This document shows positions 27,217 through 36,244 of a stretch of 64,000 bases of DNA, in pieces. Positions within the stretch are counted from its first letter, which is position 1, and each line of letters opens with the position of its first letter. The translations under genes and the position numbers were made by a program. The notes under the pieces were generated by a model. The model saw nothing but the letters and a program-made list of their open reading frames with translations, was not told the origin of the DNA and did not search any database. This DNA comes from a virus (taxonomy: Duplodnaviria; Caudoviricetes): IMG/VR virus record IMGVR_UViG_2863231158_000003; one strand, 5' to 3'.

Positions 27217-27873
27217 CTACTTCAGCTGCGTACTCAGCCACCCGGCGAACTCATCGCGCGGGCTGGGGGCCTGCTTCTTGTTGGCGCCGGACGCCTGAGT
27301 GCGATCCGGCGCGGGACGCCGCGGGCCCTCCTGGGGCTGGCTTTTCGCCCAGTGCGGCTTGCGCTCCAACAGCGCCTGAAGATCCGCCTCAATGGCGGCC
27401 TCGTCGATGTCACCTGAGTCGTCGATGTACGAGTCGAGATCCAGCTCGCCGAACGCGTCTGCCGGATCAGCGAACGCGGGCCGCGCATCCGTCGCCGCGC
27501 CTGCCAGCGCCTGTACCTGGCTACGGACCAGCCGCTGCCGCGTCTTAGCGATCTGCTCCTGCGCAACGCCGAGTTGCTCGGTGAGGCGCTCCGACTCCGA
27601 CAGTTCCGCCTGCTGCCGCCTCTTCAGCTCGGCCAGCAGCGGCTCGGCCTCCTTGAGGCGCTTGCGGAGGTTCTCGTTCTCCGAGTTCTTCTTGCGCAGC
27701 GCCGCTTTGGCGCGCGCCTCGTCGAACGGCTCGTCCTTCTTGTCCGGTTCCGCCTCCGGGGCATCTCCGGCTGAAGGCTCCTCGACCTCTTCGGCATCTC
27801 CCTTGGCGACCACCTGCTCGGTGGGCTGCGGGGACTCCTGCTGCTCGGCGGCCTGCTCGGTCTCTTCAGGCAT
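27217..27873 (-). CDS. Capsid scaffolding protein
   Basis: Acidic N-terminus, coiled coil, FADP.DA...LL.RKPH.A. Confidence 0.85.
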   Translation of the reverse strand: MPEETEQAAEQQESPQPTEQVVAKGDAEEVEEPSAGDAPEAEPDKKDEPFDEARAKAALRKKNSENENLRKRLKEAEPLLAELKRRQQAELSESERLTEQLGVAQEQIAKTRQRLVRSQVQALAGAATDARPAFADPADAFGELDLDSYIDDSGDIDEAAIEADLQALLERKPHWAKSQPQEGPRRPAPDRTQASGANKKQAPSPRDEFAGWLSTQLK

Positions 27874-27882
27874 GACGAATCG

Positions 27883-27929
27883 GCCCTCCAGGGGCTGTGG
27901 AAATGAGAAAGGCCGCCACCAGGGCGACC
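27883..27929 (-). promoter_or_regulatory. Two CUGGN-pentaloop hairpins, one over the scaffold RBS
   Basis: Minus strand GGTCGCC-CTGGT-GGCGGCC and GCCC-CTGGA-GGGC. Confidence 0.6.
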
Positions 27930-27936
27930 TCGTCGA

Positions 27937-28752
27937 TCAGAAAGAACCGGGATCCGCTTGCGCGCGCTGCTCGGCTAGCGCCGCGCGGAAGAGCCGAAGC
28001 TGCTGACCCGGATGGCCTTGGGCGAACTCGCGATAGATGCGGTCCCACTCCCGGGCTTTGGGCGACAACTCGAAGGACTGCCCGCGGAACACGGGTATCG
28101 GCTGGCACCGACAGAAGTTGTGATACTTGATCACACTGTCGTTGCCGATGAACTGCTCATTCGCGTCCTCGCCCACCGCTCCGCGATCTTTATAGATCGC
28201 CCCGCGGCTGGACATGAGGGCACAGAAGGAGCAGCAGCTGAGCGCCGCGGCCCGCGCGTAGGCGACCGCCCCGCGGTCCTGCCGGACCGCATCCTGCACC
28301 GTCTCCCGGCCAGCGTTCAGCACCAGCCGTTCGACCGCCCCGTCCGCCTTCGACATCGCCGCTTCCAGGCGTCTGTCGAGCGGCTCCAACTGCGCGACTG
28401 TCGCCTCGCCCTCAGCGCGGGGCCACAGATCCTTCGTGGCCCACCGCAGAGAGTTCGACGTCTGCTCATCCGGCGGGCCATCGGCCAGCGGCACCGTGAA
28501 CGGGCCCGGCATGCCAGCAGCCTCGCGCTCGCCGTCGTAGAAGTCTGCGGCCAGCGTCGCGGCGACCTCCGAGTAGCGGGCCACCAGGGCCGCTACCGCT
28601 TCGATCCACGCCGGCACCGTGGCCTGCAGACGGGCAGGGTTGATCAGACGGCGCAGCCCTCGCAGGTCCCGCAGGAGCAGCGTGGTCAGCCCGAACTGTG
28701 CTTGCCGCCAGCGCGTGACGCTCGCACTGCTATCCGAGGTCGTCGATGCCAA
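27937..28752 (-). CDS. Minor capsid/maturation protein (MuF-like)
   Basis: YAR...CCSFCALMSSRG.IY...YHNFCRC..IP. Confidence 0.8.
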   Translation of the reverse strand: MASTTSDSSASVTRWRQAQFGLTTLLLRDLRGLRRLINPARLQATVPAWIEAVAALVARYSEVAATLAADFYDGEREAAGMPGPFTVPLADGPPDEQTSNSLRWATKDLWPRAEGEATVAQLEPLDRRLEAAMSKADGAVERLVLNAGRETVQDAVRQDRGAVAYARAAALSCCSFCALMSSRGAIYKDRGAVGEDANEQFIGNDSVIKYHNFCRCQPIPVFRGQSFELSPKAREWDRIYREFAQGHPGQQLRLFRAALAEQRAQADPGSF

Positions 28753-30199
28753 GGTCGGCCTCCGACGGATCAGCCGCTACGCCGCTGCTGGTGCCGGAGC
28801 CGAGTTCGGCCAGGCGGTCCATCAGCGCGGTGCTCCCAGCCCGGCCCGCAGTGCGGCGGCGGTCCGCGGCGACACGCTGCCGCTGCGCCTCGGTGAACCC
28901 GGCCATCTCCAGCGTCACGTCCGAGTCGGCCGGGAGGACCCCGGCCTGCACGAGCTTGACGGTGGCGTCCACCTGGGCTGCCACGGTCGGCGTCGCCGGG
29001 TTGCGCCACACCGTCTCGATACGGCGCGCCTTGTCCGGCGGCTCCCCGTCACGGATCCACAGGGCGAGGCGCATGGCCTGCTGCCAGGAGGCGCCGAAAC
29101 GCCGGATCCGACGTTCGGAGCGCTTGACCAGCTTCGCCTCAGTGGAACGGATCGCGTCGGCGGAGGCGGGGTTGTCGGTGGTGTAGCCAAGCATGTGCGG
29201 CGGAAGCCCGAACTGCGACGACATGATCCTGGCGTACAAGTCGATGATCTTCGTCATGCCGGTCGGGTCATGTGCCGCGAACTGGCCCACGGACGGCAAG
29301 TTGCCGTCCTCGTCCCGCTCCAGGGCGAGCACGCGGCCAACGTAGGTCTCCCACGCGCTTTTCGCGTTGCCCTCAGCGTCCTGGAACGCCGACTCCGCCG
29401 CCCCAAGGATGTACCGCTGCGGGGCCCCGAAGAACTCAGCCGCGACCTCCATGCCCATCAGCCGGCGGCACGCCGCATCCGTGATCGACATGACCTCGGG
29501 GGTGATCTCCGACCTGCCGACCCGGTCCGCGGTCCGCTGCCGGTTCGCCATCCGCACCACCGGCACCACACCAAGGCCGTGTATATCCCGGTCGACGACC
29601 TCCCAGCCGCCCGACTCCGACGGCAGGCACATCACCGTCTGATCCGGCAGATACAAGACCAGCATCCGCTCCTCAGGCCCCGCCTCGAGGTACGTGTCCG
29701 CCGCACACTCGCGCAGCGCCGCGGTGCTCATGCGGACGCGGGCGTCCCACCGGACCGTCATGTCCAGCGGCGACTCGGCGGAGATCAGCGGAGGGCAGTC
29801 CCCACCACAGTCGCCCGAACCGACCGCCAGATACTCGCGTCCGTACACCAGCGCATCCAGATGCGCGAGACTCGACTCGTCGAACAGATCATTCGCCTCG
29901 GCGATCTCCGCCAGCTCCGACGAATCCGCACCGTCCGCCCACCGGAACGCCTCCAGATCAAGGCGCTCCTCCAGCGACTCGACACCCACCCGCGGCCAGC
30001 CGATCACCGTGTGCAGGCTCTTGAGCTGCGGCGGAATACTGATCCCCAGATCACGCACCAACTGCTCGCCGTTGAAGTACGCATCCCGCAACTGAAGAGC
30101 ATGACGATCCCGCAGCATGTCCGCCCGCAACATGTTGATCAGAGCGAGCTCATCGTCCGACAGATACACCAGCGGAAGATCAGGAATCGAGACGGTCAC
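28730..30199 (-). CDS. Portal protein
   Basis: YFNGEQ...GWPR...GRSEI...AEFFGAPQR..LG...NPASADAI. Confidence 0.95.
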   Translation of the reverse strand: MTVSIPDLPLVYLSDDELALINMLRADMLRDRHALQLRDAYFNGEQLVRDLGISIPPQLKSLHTVIGWPRVGVESLEERLDLEAFRWADGADSSELAEIAEANDLFDESSLAHLDALVYGREYLAVGSGDCGGDCPPLISAESPLDMTVRWDARVRMSTAALRECAADTYLEAGPEERMLVLYLPDQTVMCLPSESGGWEVVDRDIHGLGVVPVVRMANRQRTADRVGRSEITPEVMSITDAACRRLMGMEVAAEFFGAPQRYILGAAESAFQDAEGNAKSAWETYVGRVLALERDEDGNLPSVGQFAAHDPTGMTKIIDLYARIMSSQFGLPPHMLGYTTDNPASADAIRSTEAKLVKRSERRIRRFGASWQQAMRLALWIRDGEPPDKARRIETVWRNPATPTVAAQVDATVKLVQAGVLPADSDVTLEMAGFTEAQRQRVAADRRRTAGRAGSTALMDRLAELGSGTSSGVAADPSEADLGIDDLG

Positions 30200-31944
30200 C
30201 GCAGCACCACCACCCGTCCCTTGCCTGGCGTGCGCTTCTTACGCTTCGGAGAGTTGAGGATCATCCGGCGCAGCATCCGGGCTCCGACCATGCACACCGC
30301 GAGGTCGATCTTCCGTGCGCTCTCGCGGTGCTCCTTGCCGATCGTGACGCCCCAGCGGTTCGTCCGACGCCTGGCGTTGATCACGTGCGTGCGCAGCACC
30401 TTGTGCCCGTCATGCACGAGCTGTCGCTGCAGAACATCCGCGTGCGCCCGCTTCACAGCCTCTGTGAACGTCTCCTGATTCCGGCTGTCGCGCATATCCC
30501 AGCGCACCGCATGCGCCTTCGGCCCGGACAGCACCGACCGGAGCGCGAGCTTGGCGCCCCACGTCTGGCCCCAGGTGTCGATGTAGGAGTCCCAGTACAT
30601 CTCGCCGTCGTCGTCATCCTGGCCCGAGCCAGGGTCTGCGAAGAACGCCACGACCTTGAACCGCGCGAACGCGTTCTCCACCACCCCATGCACTTCGTCG
30701 CGCGGCACCCGGTACGGCACGAAGCCCGGCGTGTTCGGCGTCGGCCAGTTCGATGGCTTCTGCCACACACCCAAGGCCGACACAAGGCCGTCTGACACAC
30801 GGCAGGCCACCAGGCCTGTGGCATCGTCGCTCTTGGAGCCGTCGAAGAACATGACGACCTCATCACCGTCAGCAAGCCGCAGGTCATCACGCTTGCAGGC
30901 GTCCCACTCGTAGCGGGCCATCCACGCATCCTCGGCAGCAACGATCTGGTTGAACCAGAACCGCCTGCTGCGCGAGGGAGGATTGCGTGGATCAAGGATC
31001 GACTTCACGATGCGGGGGATGTCGAGCCACGTGGAGTCGCCCCGTACCGCCTCGATGACCTTCGCCAGCCACGGCTTGGTCAGCTTCGCCTCCGGCGGGG
31101 CCTCCAGAGAGTCGTACAGAATGCCCGGGTCCTCAGCCCGCCCGGCCTCAGCTGCCTCATAGGCATCGCGCGTCTGCTCAGCGACCGAGTCCTCGCCGGG
31201 TTCGAACGCGTTGGTGATGGCGAACGTTCGCGCCGATCCGTCCGCCGACTTGGTGGCGTTCCGCTCGATCGTCGCCGCCATCTCGTGGCCTTGATTCGAA
31301 TCGATCCAGTGGTGTGTCTCGTTGAGGAGCGTGAACGTTGTACGGCCGCCCTCAAGCGCGCGAGGCGAGGAGGTGACGGCCTCGATGCGGGCCAGGCCCT
31401 TGTGGGCGTAGACGACTTCCTTGCCGATCTCGATCCCGAACTCGGACTTGGCCTGGGGTGTGAAGAGCGACCCAAAGATGATCATTGTGTTGCGGGTCTG
31501 ATCCTTGGAAACCGCTGCGACCTGCACCCACGGCTCCGGATGCGGCTCACCGACCGGCTGCCCCTCCGGCACCCCGCTCTCATCGTCAGGCCCGGCAATC
31601 CGCCCCAACCACCGGGACGGGCCGACGAACTCGACAGCACACAGCGTCGCCCCGAACGGGTCCTTGCCCCACCCCTTCAAGCGCTGCAACACAGCATCCC
31701 GGTAGCAGAACGCCCCCGTCTCCGGATCGATGGCGAACCACCACAGGATCAAGCGGACCTGCTCGCTCGTGTACCGCCACGGCAAGCCCCGGTGCTGCAG
31801 ATACGCGGCCGTCCAGAGAAGGACATGCCAGCCCAGCGTGAACAGGGGCCGGATAAACAGGCCATCCTCGCCCCGCGTCCACGTCGGCCCGATCACAACA
31901 GGCGTGATCGTGTCCGGGACTGCCTCGATCGTCTGCTCAGCCAC
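30196..31944 (-). CDS. Terminase large subunit (start may be 31965)
   Basis: QRLKGWGKDP Walker A, LLNETH, FFDGSKSDDAT, KIDL. Confidence 0.95.
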   Translation of the reverse strand: MAEQTIEAVPDTITPVVIGPTWTRGEDGLFIRPLFTLGWHVLLWTAAYLQHRGLPWRYTSEQVRLILWWFAIDPETGAFCYRDAVLQRLKGWGKDPFGATLCAVEFVGPSRWLGRIAGPDDESGVPEGQPVGEPHPEPWVQVAAVSKDQTRNTMIIFGSLFTPQAKSEFGIEIGKEVVYAHKGLARIEAVTSSPRALEGGRTTFTLLNETHHWIDSNQGHEMAATIERNATKSADGSARTFAITNAFEPGEDSVAEQTRDAYEAAEAGRAEDPGILYDSLEAPPEAKLTKPWLAKVIEAVRGDSTWLDIPRIVKSILDPRNPPSRSRRFWFNQIVAAEDAWMARYEWDACKRDDLRLADGDEVVMFFDGSKSDDATGLVACRVSDGLVSALGVWQKPSNWPTPNTPGFVPYRVPRDEVHGVVENAFARFKVVAFFADPGSGQDDDDGEMYWDSYIDTWGQTWGAKLALRSVLSGPKAHAVRWDMRDSRNQETFTEAVKRAHADVLQRQLVHDGHKVLRTHVINARRRTNRWGVTIGKEHRESARKIDLAVCMVGARMLRRMILNSPKRKKRTPGKGRVVVLR

Positions 31945-32377
31945 CGAAGGCGGAGCGGTAATCATCCAGTGCCGTCACGCTCGCCCGGCCCGAGCCCGCG
32001 GGCTTCTTCCGCTCCAACTCCATACGGACGCGCCGACGATCCCCTTCCGTCGTCAACAGGCTGCCCAGCAGGCTGTTGAGGGCGGCAACGTACTGTCCGT
32101 TCGGCGGCCGGTCCGACGACAGTCCGCGCGACATGAGTTCCGCGGCATACCGTGCAGTCGCCCAGTCCGACGCCTGATAGAACATGGCCTGGCCGGACTC
32201 GCGCAGCGACAGGTACCAGTCCTTCGCGATCGGATGCCAGAGCTCATCCGGTTCCGGCAGTGCAGGAAGGTCCGTCGGCGCCCCTGACGGTGCCTTCGTG
32301 ACGGAGTCCTTCTCCTTCTTCGAGCGATGGCCCATGCGCTCCTCAGAGCGCTTACCGATAGGTCCACGAGCGCCCAT
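31937..32377 (-). CDS. Terminase small subunit
   Basis: GPIGKRSEER...WHPIA..WY.SL..SGQ...TEGDRRR. Confidence 0.85.
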   Translation of the reverse strand: MGARGPIGKRSEERMGHRSKKEKDSVTKAPSGAPTDLPALPEPDELWHPIAKDWYLSLRESGQAMFYQASDWATARYAAELMSRGLSSDRPPNGQYVAALNSLLGSLLTTEGDRRRVRMELERKKPAGSGRASVTALDDYRSAFGG

Positions 32378-32380
32378 GAC

Positions 32381-32465
32381 GACCTCCAGGGTCATGGCAC
32401 GCCACCAGGGCGCGCAGAGGGCTGGAAACAACGACGCCCCAACTCGGGGACGCCGCCAGGGCGTC
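32381..32465 (-). promoter_or_regulatory. Three CUGGN-pentaloop hairpins upstream of terS, one over the RBS
   Basis: Minus strand GACGCC-CTGGC-GGCGTC, CGCC-CTGGT-GGCG, GACC-CTGGA-GGTC. Confidence 0.6.
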
Positions 32466-33090
32466 AGAGCGAGGCGATCAAACCGGCCGCATCAGGCAGC
32501 ACGGCAAGACTGAGCGGCGTACCCGGAACCCGGTCGCCGACGATGATGTAGCGGCGATCCGAGTACACCTCGAACGCCAACTCCCCCTTGCGGATGCGTC
32601 GACCATGCGGAACCGCGCCGCGGAACCACAGATGCAGGCCAGTACCGGACCGGCCACGCTCCATGTACGTCGGCGGCAACCGGTCTACGATCGCCTGCGC
32701 CCACGGAAGGACGCTTCCGTCCTCGACCGCGTGGTCCAGGTCGACGACCACGATGCCGTCGCCGGCCGTCAGGACGAAGCCGACACCGTCGCCGGTGTTC
32801 GATGCGGCGACCGCGGCATAGTCCGACCAGGACGACGGGTCCTTCACCGAGGCGAAACGGCCATCGGTGCGCATCGGCACCTTGTCCTTGTGACGCACCC
32901 AGCGCGGACGCGACGTCAACTCGGCCGGGATGCGGGCCTGCTGCTCGGCGGCAAGGACGGCGTCACGTTCACGCTTGCGGGCCCGAGCCGCGAGGACGCG
33001 ATGCGAGTTCGAGCAGTAGCGGCGATCCGACCGGTGCATGACCGGCAGATCTCCCCCGCAGTGCTCGCAACTCCGAAGCGTCTCTGGCAT
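32464..33090 (-). CDS. Stand-alone primase-polymerase (AEP-like) domain with N-terminal Zn finger
   Basis: CEHC...YCS; RW...KVP...GVGFVL...VDLDH...SGTGLH...EVY..RY. Confidence 0.8.
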   Translation of the reverse strand: MPETLRSCEHCGGDLPVMHRSDRRYCSNSHRVLAARARKRERDAVLAAEQQARIPAELTSRPRWVRHKDKVPMRTDGRFASVKDPSSWSDYAAVAASNTGDGVGFVLTAGDGIVVVDLDHAVEDGSVLPWAQAIVDRLPPTYMERGRSGTGLHLWFRGAVPHGRRIRKGELAFEVYSDRRYIIVGDRVPGTPLSLAVLPDAAGLIASL

Positions 33091-33243
33091 GCATCCAGGA
33101 TACAGCTGACTGTTAACGACTACAGTGCTTTGACCTGCATGGTTACCATCTCGCGACACTGCCTAGCCCATCGAGTGGACTAGACCGGTAGGGCATACCC
33201 GCAGGTCAGGGGCCTTGGAAACCCGGGGGCGATGTCAGGTGCT

Positions 33244-33254
33244 ATACGCCCCCG
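33244..33254. other. Candidate cos site (CGGGGGCGTAT on the minus strand)
   Basis: Non-coding gap between packaging HNH and terS, next to a GATC cluster; resembles actinophage 10-11 nt CGG-type overhangs. Confidence 0.35.
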
Positions 33255-33578
33255 ATCCGGAGGGATCTTGGTGGGGGATCTTCCCCCAGGGTTGATCTTG
33301 GCTGCCGTGATCAAGGTGGGCGTCCGAGATGATCGTCGCGAGCCGCTCGCCTCAAGATCGAGGCTGCCGCCTGGATCGAGACTCGAACGGCCGCTCGACA
33401 AGCGATCAGTGATAAAGGATCACGAGCGAGTTGACCTTGATGATCTCAAGCAGACCACGTCGATACCCGACGCCGAAGCGCGGATCAAGACGAGGCGCAC
33501 ACAGGCACTGCCCGCCACGACGTCCCTGCCTCCCGGACACCGCGTGCCACCACCGCCGAGCGCCGGCACGCACTGCCC

Positions 33579-33830
33579 TCACCGGGTGCGGCGCCGACCG
33601 GGATTGAGCCGGCTGCCCGTCGCGACCCCCGTCGACCGGATGTGCATCAGTTGGCAGTACCCCTTGGCCCGTGCGCCGAGGTACCTGCTGAGGAGCCGGT
33701 TGCAGCGTCGCCAGTCTCCTGCTGTTCCCCAGCGGATGCGTGCTCCGCCCGCGCCTGACAGACCCCAGTAGCGACGTAGCGCTTCGGCGTTGCCTCGCTG
33801 GCTGCGTCCGCCTCGCCCCTTGCTGGCCAT
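33579..33830 (-). CDS. Small basic phage protein
   Basis: LRRYW...ARIRWG..GDW.RC...GYC..MH. Confidence 0.7.
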   Translation of the reverse strand: MASKGRGGRSQRGNAEALRRYWGLSGAGGARIRWGTAGDWRRCNRLLSRYLGARAKGYCQLMHIRSTGVATGSRLNPGRRRTR

Positions 33831-33836
33831 AGCAGT

Positions 33837-34055
33837 TCACCGCCTGTCGGGCTCGCCCTCTTGGTCTGGCTCGTCGTTCTGTTGTGGGTCGATGCGCATG
33901 ATGTTGCGGACTTGTTCGCGGGGTACGGCGTAGCAGGGTCCGTGTTGGTCGTGGAAGACGATCCAGCCGTCGTCGAGTTCGAAGTTGAGGGGGTCGTCTT
34001 CGAGGAGGGTGTCTTCGCCGCGGCGTTCGTTGTGGACGATGAGGTAGGCGGGCAT
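33837..34055 (-). CDS. Hypothetical protein
   Basis: Tightly packed operon ORF. Confidence 0.65.
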   Translation of the reverse strand: MPAYLIVHNERRGEDTLLEDDPLNFELDDGWIVFHDQHGPCYAVPREQVRNIMRIDPQQNDEPDQEGEPDRR

Positions 34056-34057
34056 GG

Positions 34058-34312
34058 TCAGGCGCCAACTGACTTGTCGCCGGGGCAGTCGTTGGTCCTG
34101 GCGTCGACTCGGTAGTACTGACGGGGCTCAGGGTCTTGCGGCAGCCCCATGACCTTGGCAAGCGTGTTGAAGCTGTCCGTGATGCGGGTGACGGTGAACA
34201 GGATCGGGCGTTGCAGGTGGACCTGTTTCACGTGTGCCTTCCACAGGATCTGTGTCCGTGCGACTGCTTCGGGGTTCTCGCCAGGGGCTACGGGGATGTT
34301 GAAGCTGAGCAT
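34058..34312 (-). CDS. Hypothetical protein
   Basis: GAGGTG RBS, tightly packed. Confidence 0.55.
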   Translation of the reverse strand: MLSFNIPVAPGENPEAVARTQILWKAHVKQVHLQRPILFTVTRITDSFNTLAKVMGLPQDPEPRQYYRVDARTNDCPGDKSVGA

Positions 34313-34316
34313 GGCG

Positions 34317-34628
34317 TCACCTCAGTCCGGGGTGCTGCTCGGGTGGGCGTCGCCGTCCTGGGCGCGGGTTGGCTGCCTTGGCGGCGTTGCCTTCCTGCGA
34401 CGACTTGTAGCGATGGCAGTGGGGCGCTACGCGGTCGTGTGCCCAGTCGAGGTTGTCGAGGCTGTGGTCGTCGCCGGGGTTCTTGTGGTCGAGGTAGTCG
34501 CCGCCGGGTTGTCCGCAGAGGTGGCAGATGTGTTCGGGGTTGCGGGCGTGTGCTGCGGGACGGGTTGCAGATTCCCAGTTCGAGGGGAGCCGTTGGCGTC
34601 GTGTGCTCCCTTTCCAGCCGCCGCTCAT
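34317..34628 (-). CDS. Packaging-associated HNH endonuclease
   Basis: CHLCG...DHK..GDDHSLDNL...CH..KSSQEG. Confidence 0.85.
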   Translation of the reverse strand: MSGGWKGSTRRQRLPSNWESATRPAAHARNPEHICHLCGQPGGDYLDHKNPGDDHSLDNLDWAHDRVAPHCHRYKSSQEGNAAKAANPRPGRRRPPEQHPGLR

Positions 34629-34999
34629 CCGTCCTCCTGCGTCTCCGTTGCTGGCAGGCCACGTCGCCGGAGTGCTGCAGCGAGTTCGCCCTGTGCCTTG
34701 GCGATCTCGTCCTGTACCTGTTCGCGGAACTGGTCGAAGTCGGGCTCGACGCGGATTTTCACTGGGTGGCCGTCGGCGTCGAGAGGGACGTCGTTGGCTG
34801 GGATGTCGATGGGCTCTTCGAAGACGAGGACGGCGCGGGCGCCGATCTGGTCGGCCATTCCCTGGTAGCGCAGCAGCCGTGATTCCTGTGTGATGCCGGG
34901 GGTGACGTCGGTGTCTTCGTATTGGTCGATGATGAGCACGAACGGGGGCCGGTCGTCTGCGGCGCCTTCGGGGAGTTCGAGGATCTGCAGGCGGGCCAT
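34625..34999 (-). CDS. Hypothetical phage protein
   Basis: MARLQILELPEG..DDRPPFVLIIDQ. Confidence 0.7.
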   Translation of the reverse strand: MARLQILELPEGAADDRPPFVLIIDQYEDTDVTPGITQESRLLRYQGMADQIGARAVLVFEEPIDIPANDVPLDADGHPVKIRVEPDFDQFREQVQDEIAKAQGELAAALRRRGLPATETQEDG

Positions 35000-35175
35000 C
35001 AGGCGTCTGCCGCCTGTCCGTCCAGGCGGACGATGCTTCGGACGTCGAGAGGTTGAATGAACGCCTTCACTTGATTGTTGGCGTAGGCCGTGTACTGGTC
35101 GCCGTCGTACTCAACCGTGTCGGCGGTGAGGTTCTGGGTGCTGCCGTCGTCGAAGGTGATGAGGTAGCGGGCCAT
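34999..35175 (-). CDS. Small hypothetical protein
   Basis: MARYLITFDDG...; AGGA-GCCCGCGCC-ATG start. Confidence 0.65.
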   Translation of the reverse strand: MARYLITFDDGSTQNLTADTVEYDGDQYTAYANNQVKAFIQPLDVRSIVRLDGQAADA

Positions 35176-35201
35176 GGCGCGGGCTCCTGTGGGGTGGTCG
35201 G

Positions 35202-35621
35202 TTACGGCTTCCAGTGGGGCCCGCGTAGTGCGTCGGGTACGTCGCTGGTGGTGATAGGGACGATGAGTCGGGCTTGTTCGCGAAGTCGTCGCTGCTGTGC
35301 CGGTGTCGGCTTGGGCGGCGGGGGCCGGTCGAGGCTGGCGAGGATCTTGTCGGTGATGCCGTGTGCGTGGGCGAGGTCGAGGAGTTCGGGGCAGTCGTTG
35401 AGGTTGTCGGTCCACGCCATGTCCTGGTCGCCGTAGGTGCGGCAGCCTTTGCAGGCGGGTTCGTAGGTGCAGTCGAGGTCGAGCGTGTGCCGGGTGAGGA
35501 TGCGGCGGTCGGCCTCGCAGCGGAGGCGGACGCTTTCACTCTGGCTGGGCGGCCACTCGTACTCGTCCAGCAGTTGTTCAACGCGGTCGACTTGCTGGGT
35601 GATCCAGGCGTGGAGATCCAT
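35202..35621 (-). CDS. DUF6221-like protein
   Basis: LRCEADRRIL.RH...CKGC...CPELLDLA. Confidence 0.65.
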   Translation of the reverse strand: MDLHAWITQQVDRVEQLLDEYEWPPSQSESVRLRCEADRRILTRHTLDLDCTYEPACKGCRTYGDQDMAWTDNLNDCPELLDLAHAHGITDKILASLDRPPPPKPTPAQQRRLREQARLIVPITTSDVPDALRGPHWKP

Positions 35622-35638
35622 GGCGCGGGCTCCGGGGT

Positions 35639-35842
35639 TTAGCCGATGAGGACGTGTTCGTGGGCGGCGGTGGCGGCGAGGATGTCGGCGACACTAGGTG
35701 TGGCGTTGTCGTCGTACCTGGGGTCCCAGTTGCCGAGTTCGTAGCCGAGACAGCCAGGGCAGCGGAGGGCGAGGATGGCGCTGGTGCCGTCGGTGTAGGG
35801 CTCGGCATGGAGGGTGAAGTCGGTGGGGTCGGGGGAAGCCAT
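35639..35842 (-). CDS. Small CxxC/HxH protein
   Basis: LRCPGC...AAHEH. Confidence 0.6.
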   Translation of the reverse strand: MASPDPTDFTLHAEPYTDGTSAILALRCPGCLGYELGNWDPRYDDNATPSVADILAATAAHEHVLIG

Positions 35843-35863
35843 GGGCGCGGGCCTTCCGTGGGA

Positions 35864-36226
35864 TCAGTAGATCGGCAGGTCGTCGTGGTCGAGCTCGACG
35901 TGCCGTCCACGGCGTGTGCAGTGCGGGCAGATACCGACGCTGCGGCCGGAGCCGGGCCCGTACACGGGGTCGGGGATGCTGCCGGCGTACTGGTGCCCGC
36001 CGTATGGCCTGGTGCAGAGGATGCACGGCAGCCAGTAGTAGCCGTGGCGCTCCGCGTACCGGTGGTGGATGCGGGTCCAGGACTGCGGCAGGAGCCGGAT
36101 CCAGGCTTCCCGCTTCGCCGGTGAGGGGCCGGACGCGAGGGGCGCCGGGATGCCGAGGCGCCAGTACCAGAGGCGTTCGATCAGCCGCAGTGGCCGCATC
36201 GCGATGGTGATGTGGTGGCGGGCCAT
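35864..36226 (-). CDS. Small Zn-finger protein
   Basis: YWLPCILC...GGH...ICPHC. Confidence 0.6.
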   Translation of the reverse strand: MARHHITIAMRPLRLIERLWYWRLGIPAPLASGPSPAKREAWIRLLPQSWTRIHHRYAERHGYYWLPCILCTRPYGGHQYAGSIPDPVYGPGSGRSVGICPHCTRRGRHVELDHDDLPIY

Positions 36227-36244
36227 GGGCGCGGGCCTTCCGGT

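Noticed and set aside
34317-34628. Second HNH as a defence nuclease
   Set aside because: Size and position near the terminase fit the ordinary packaging HNH
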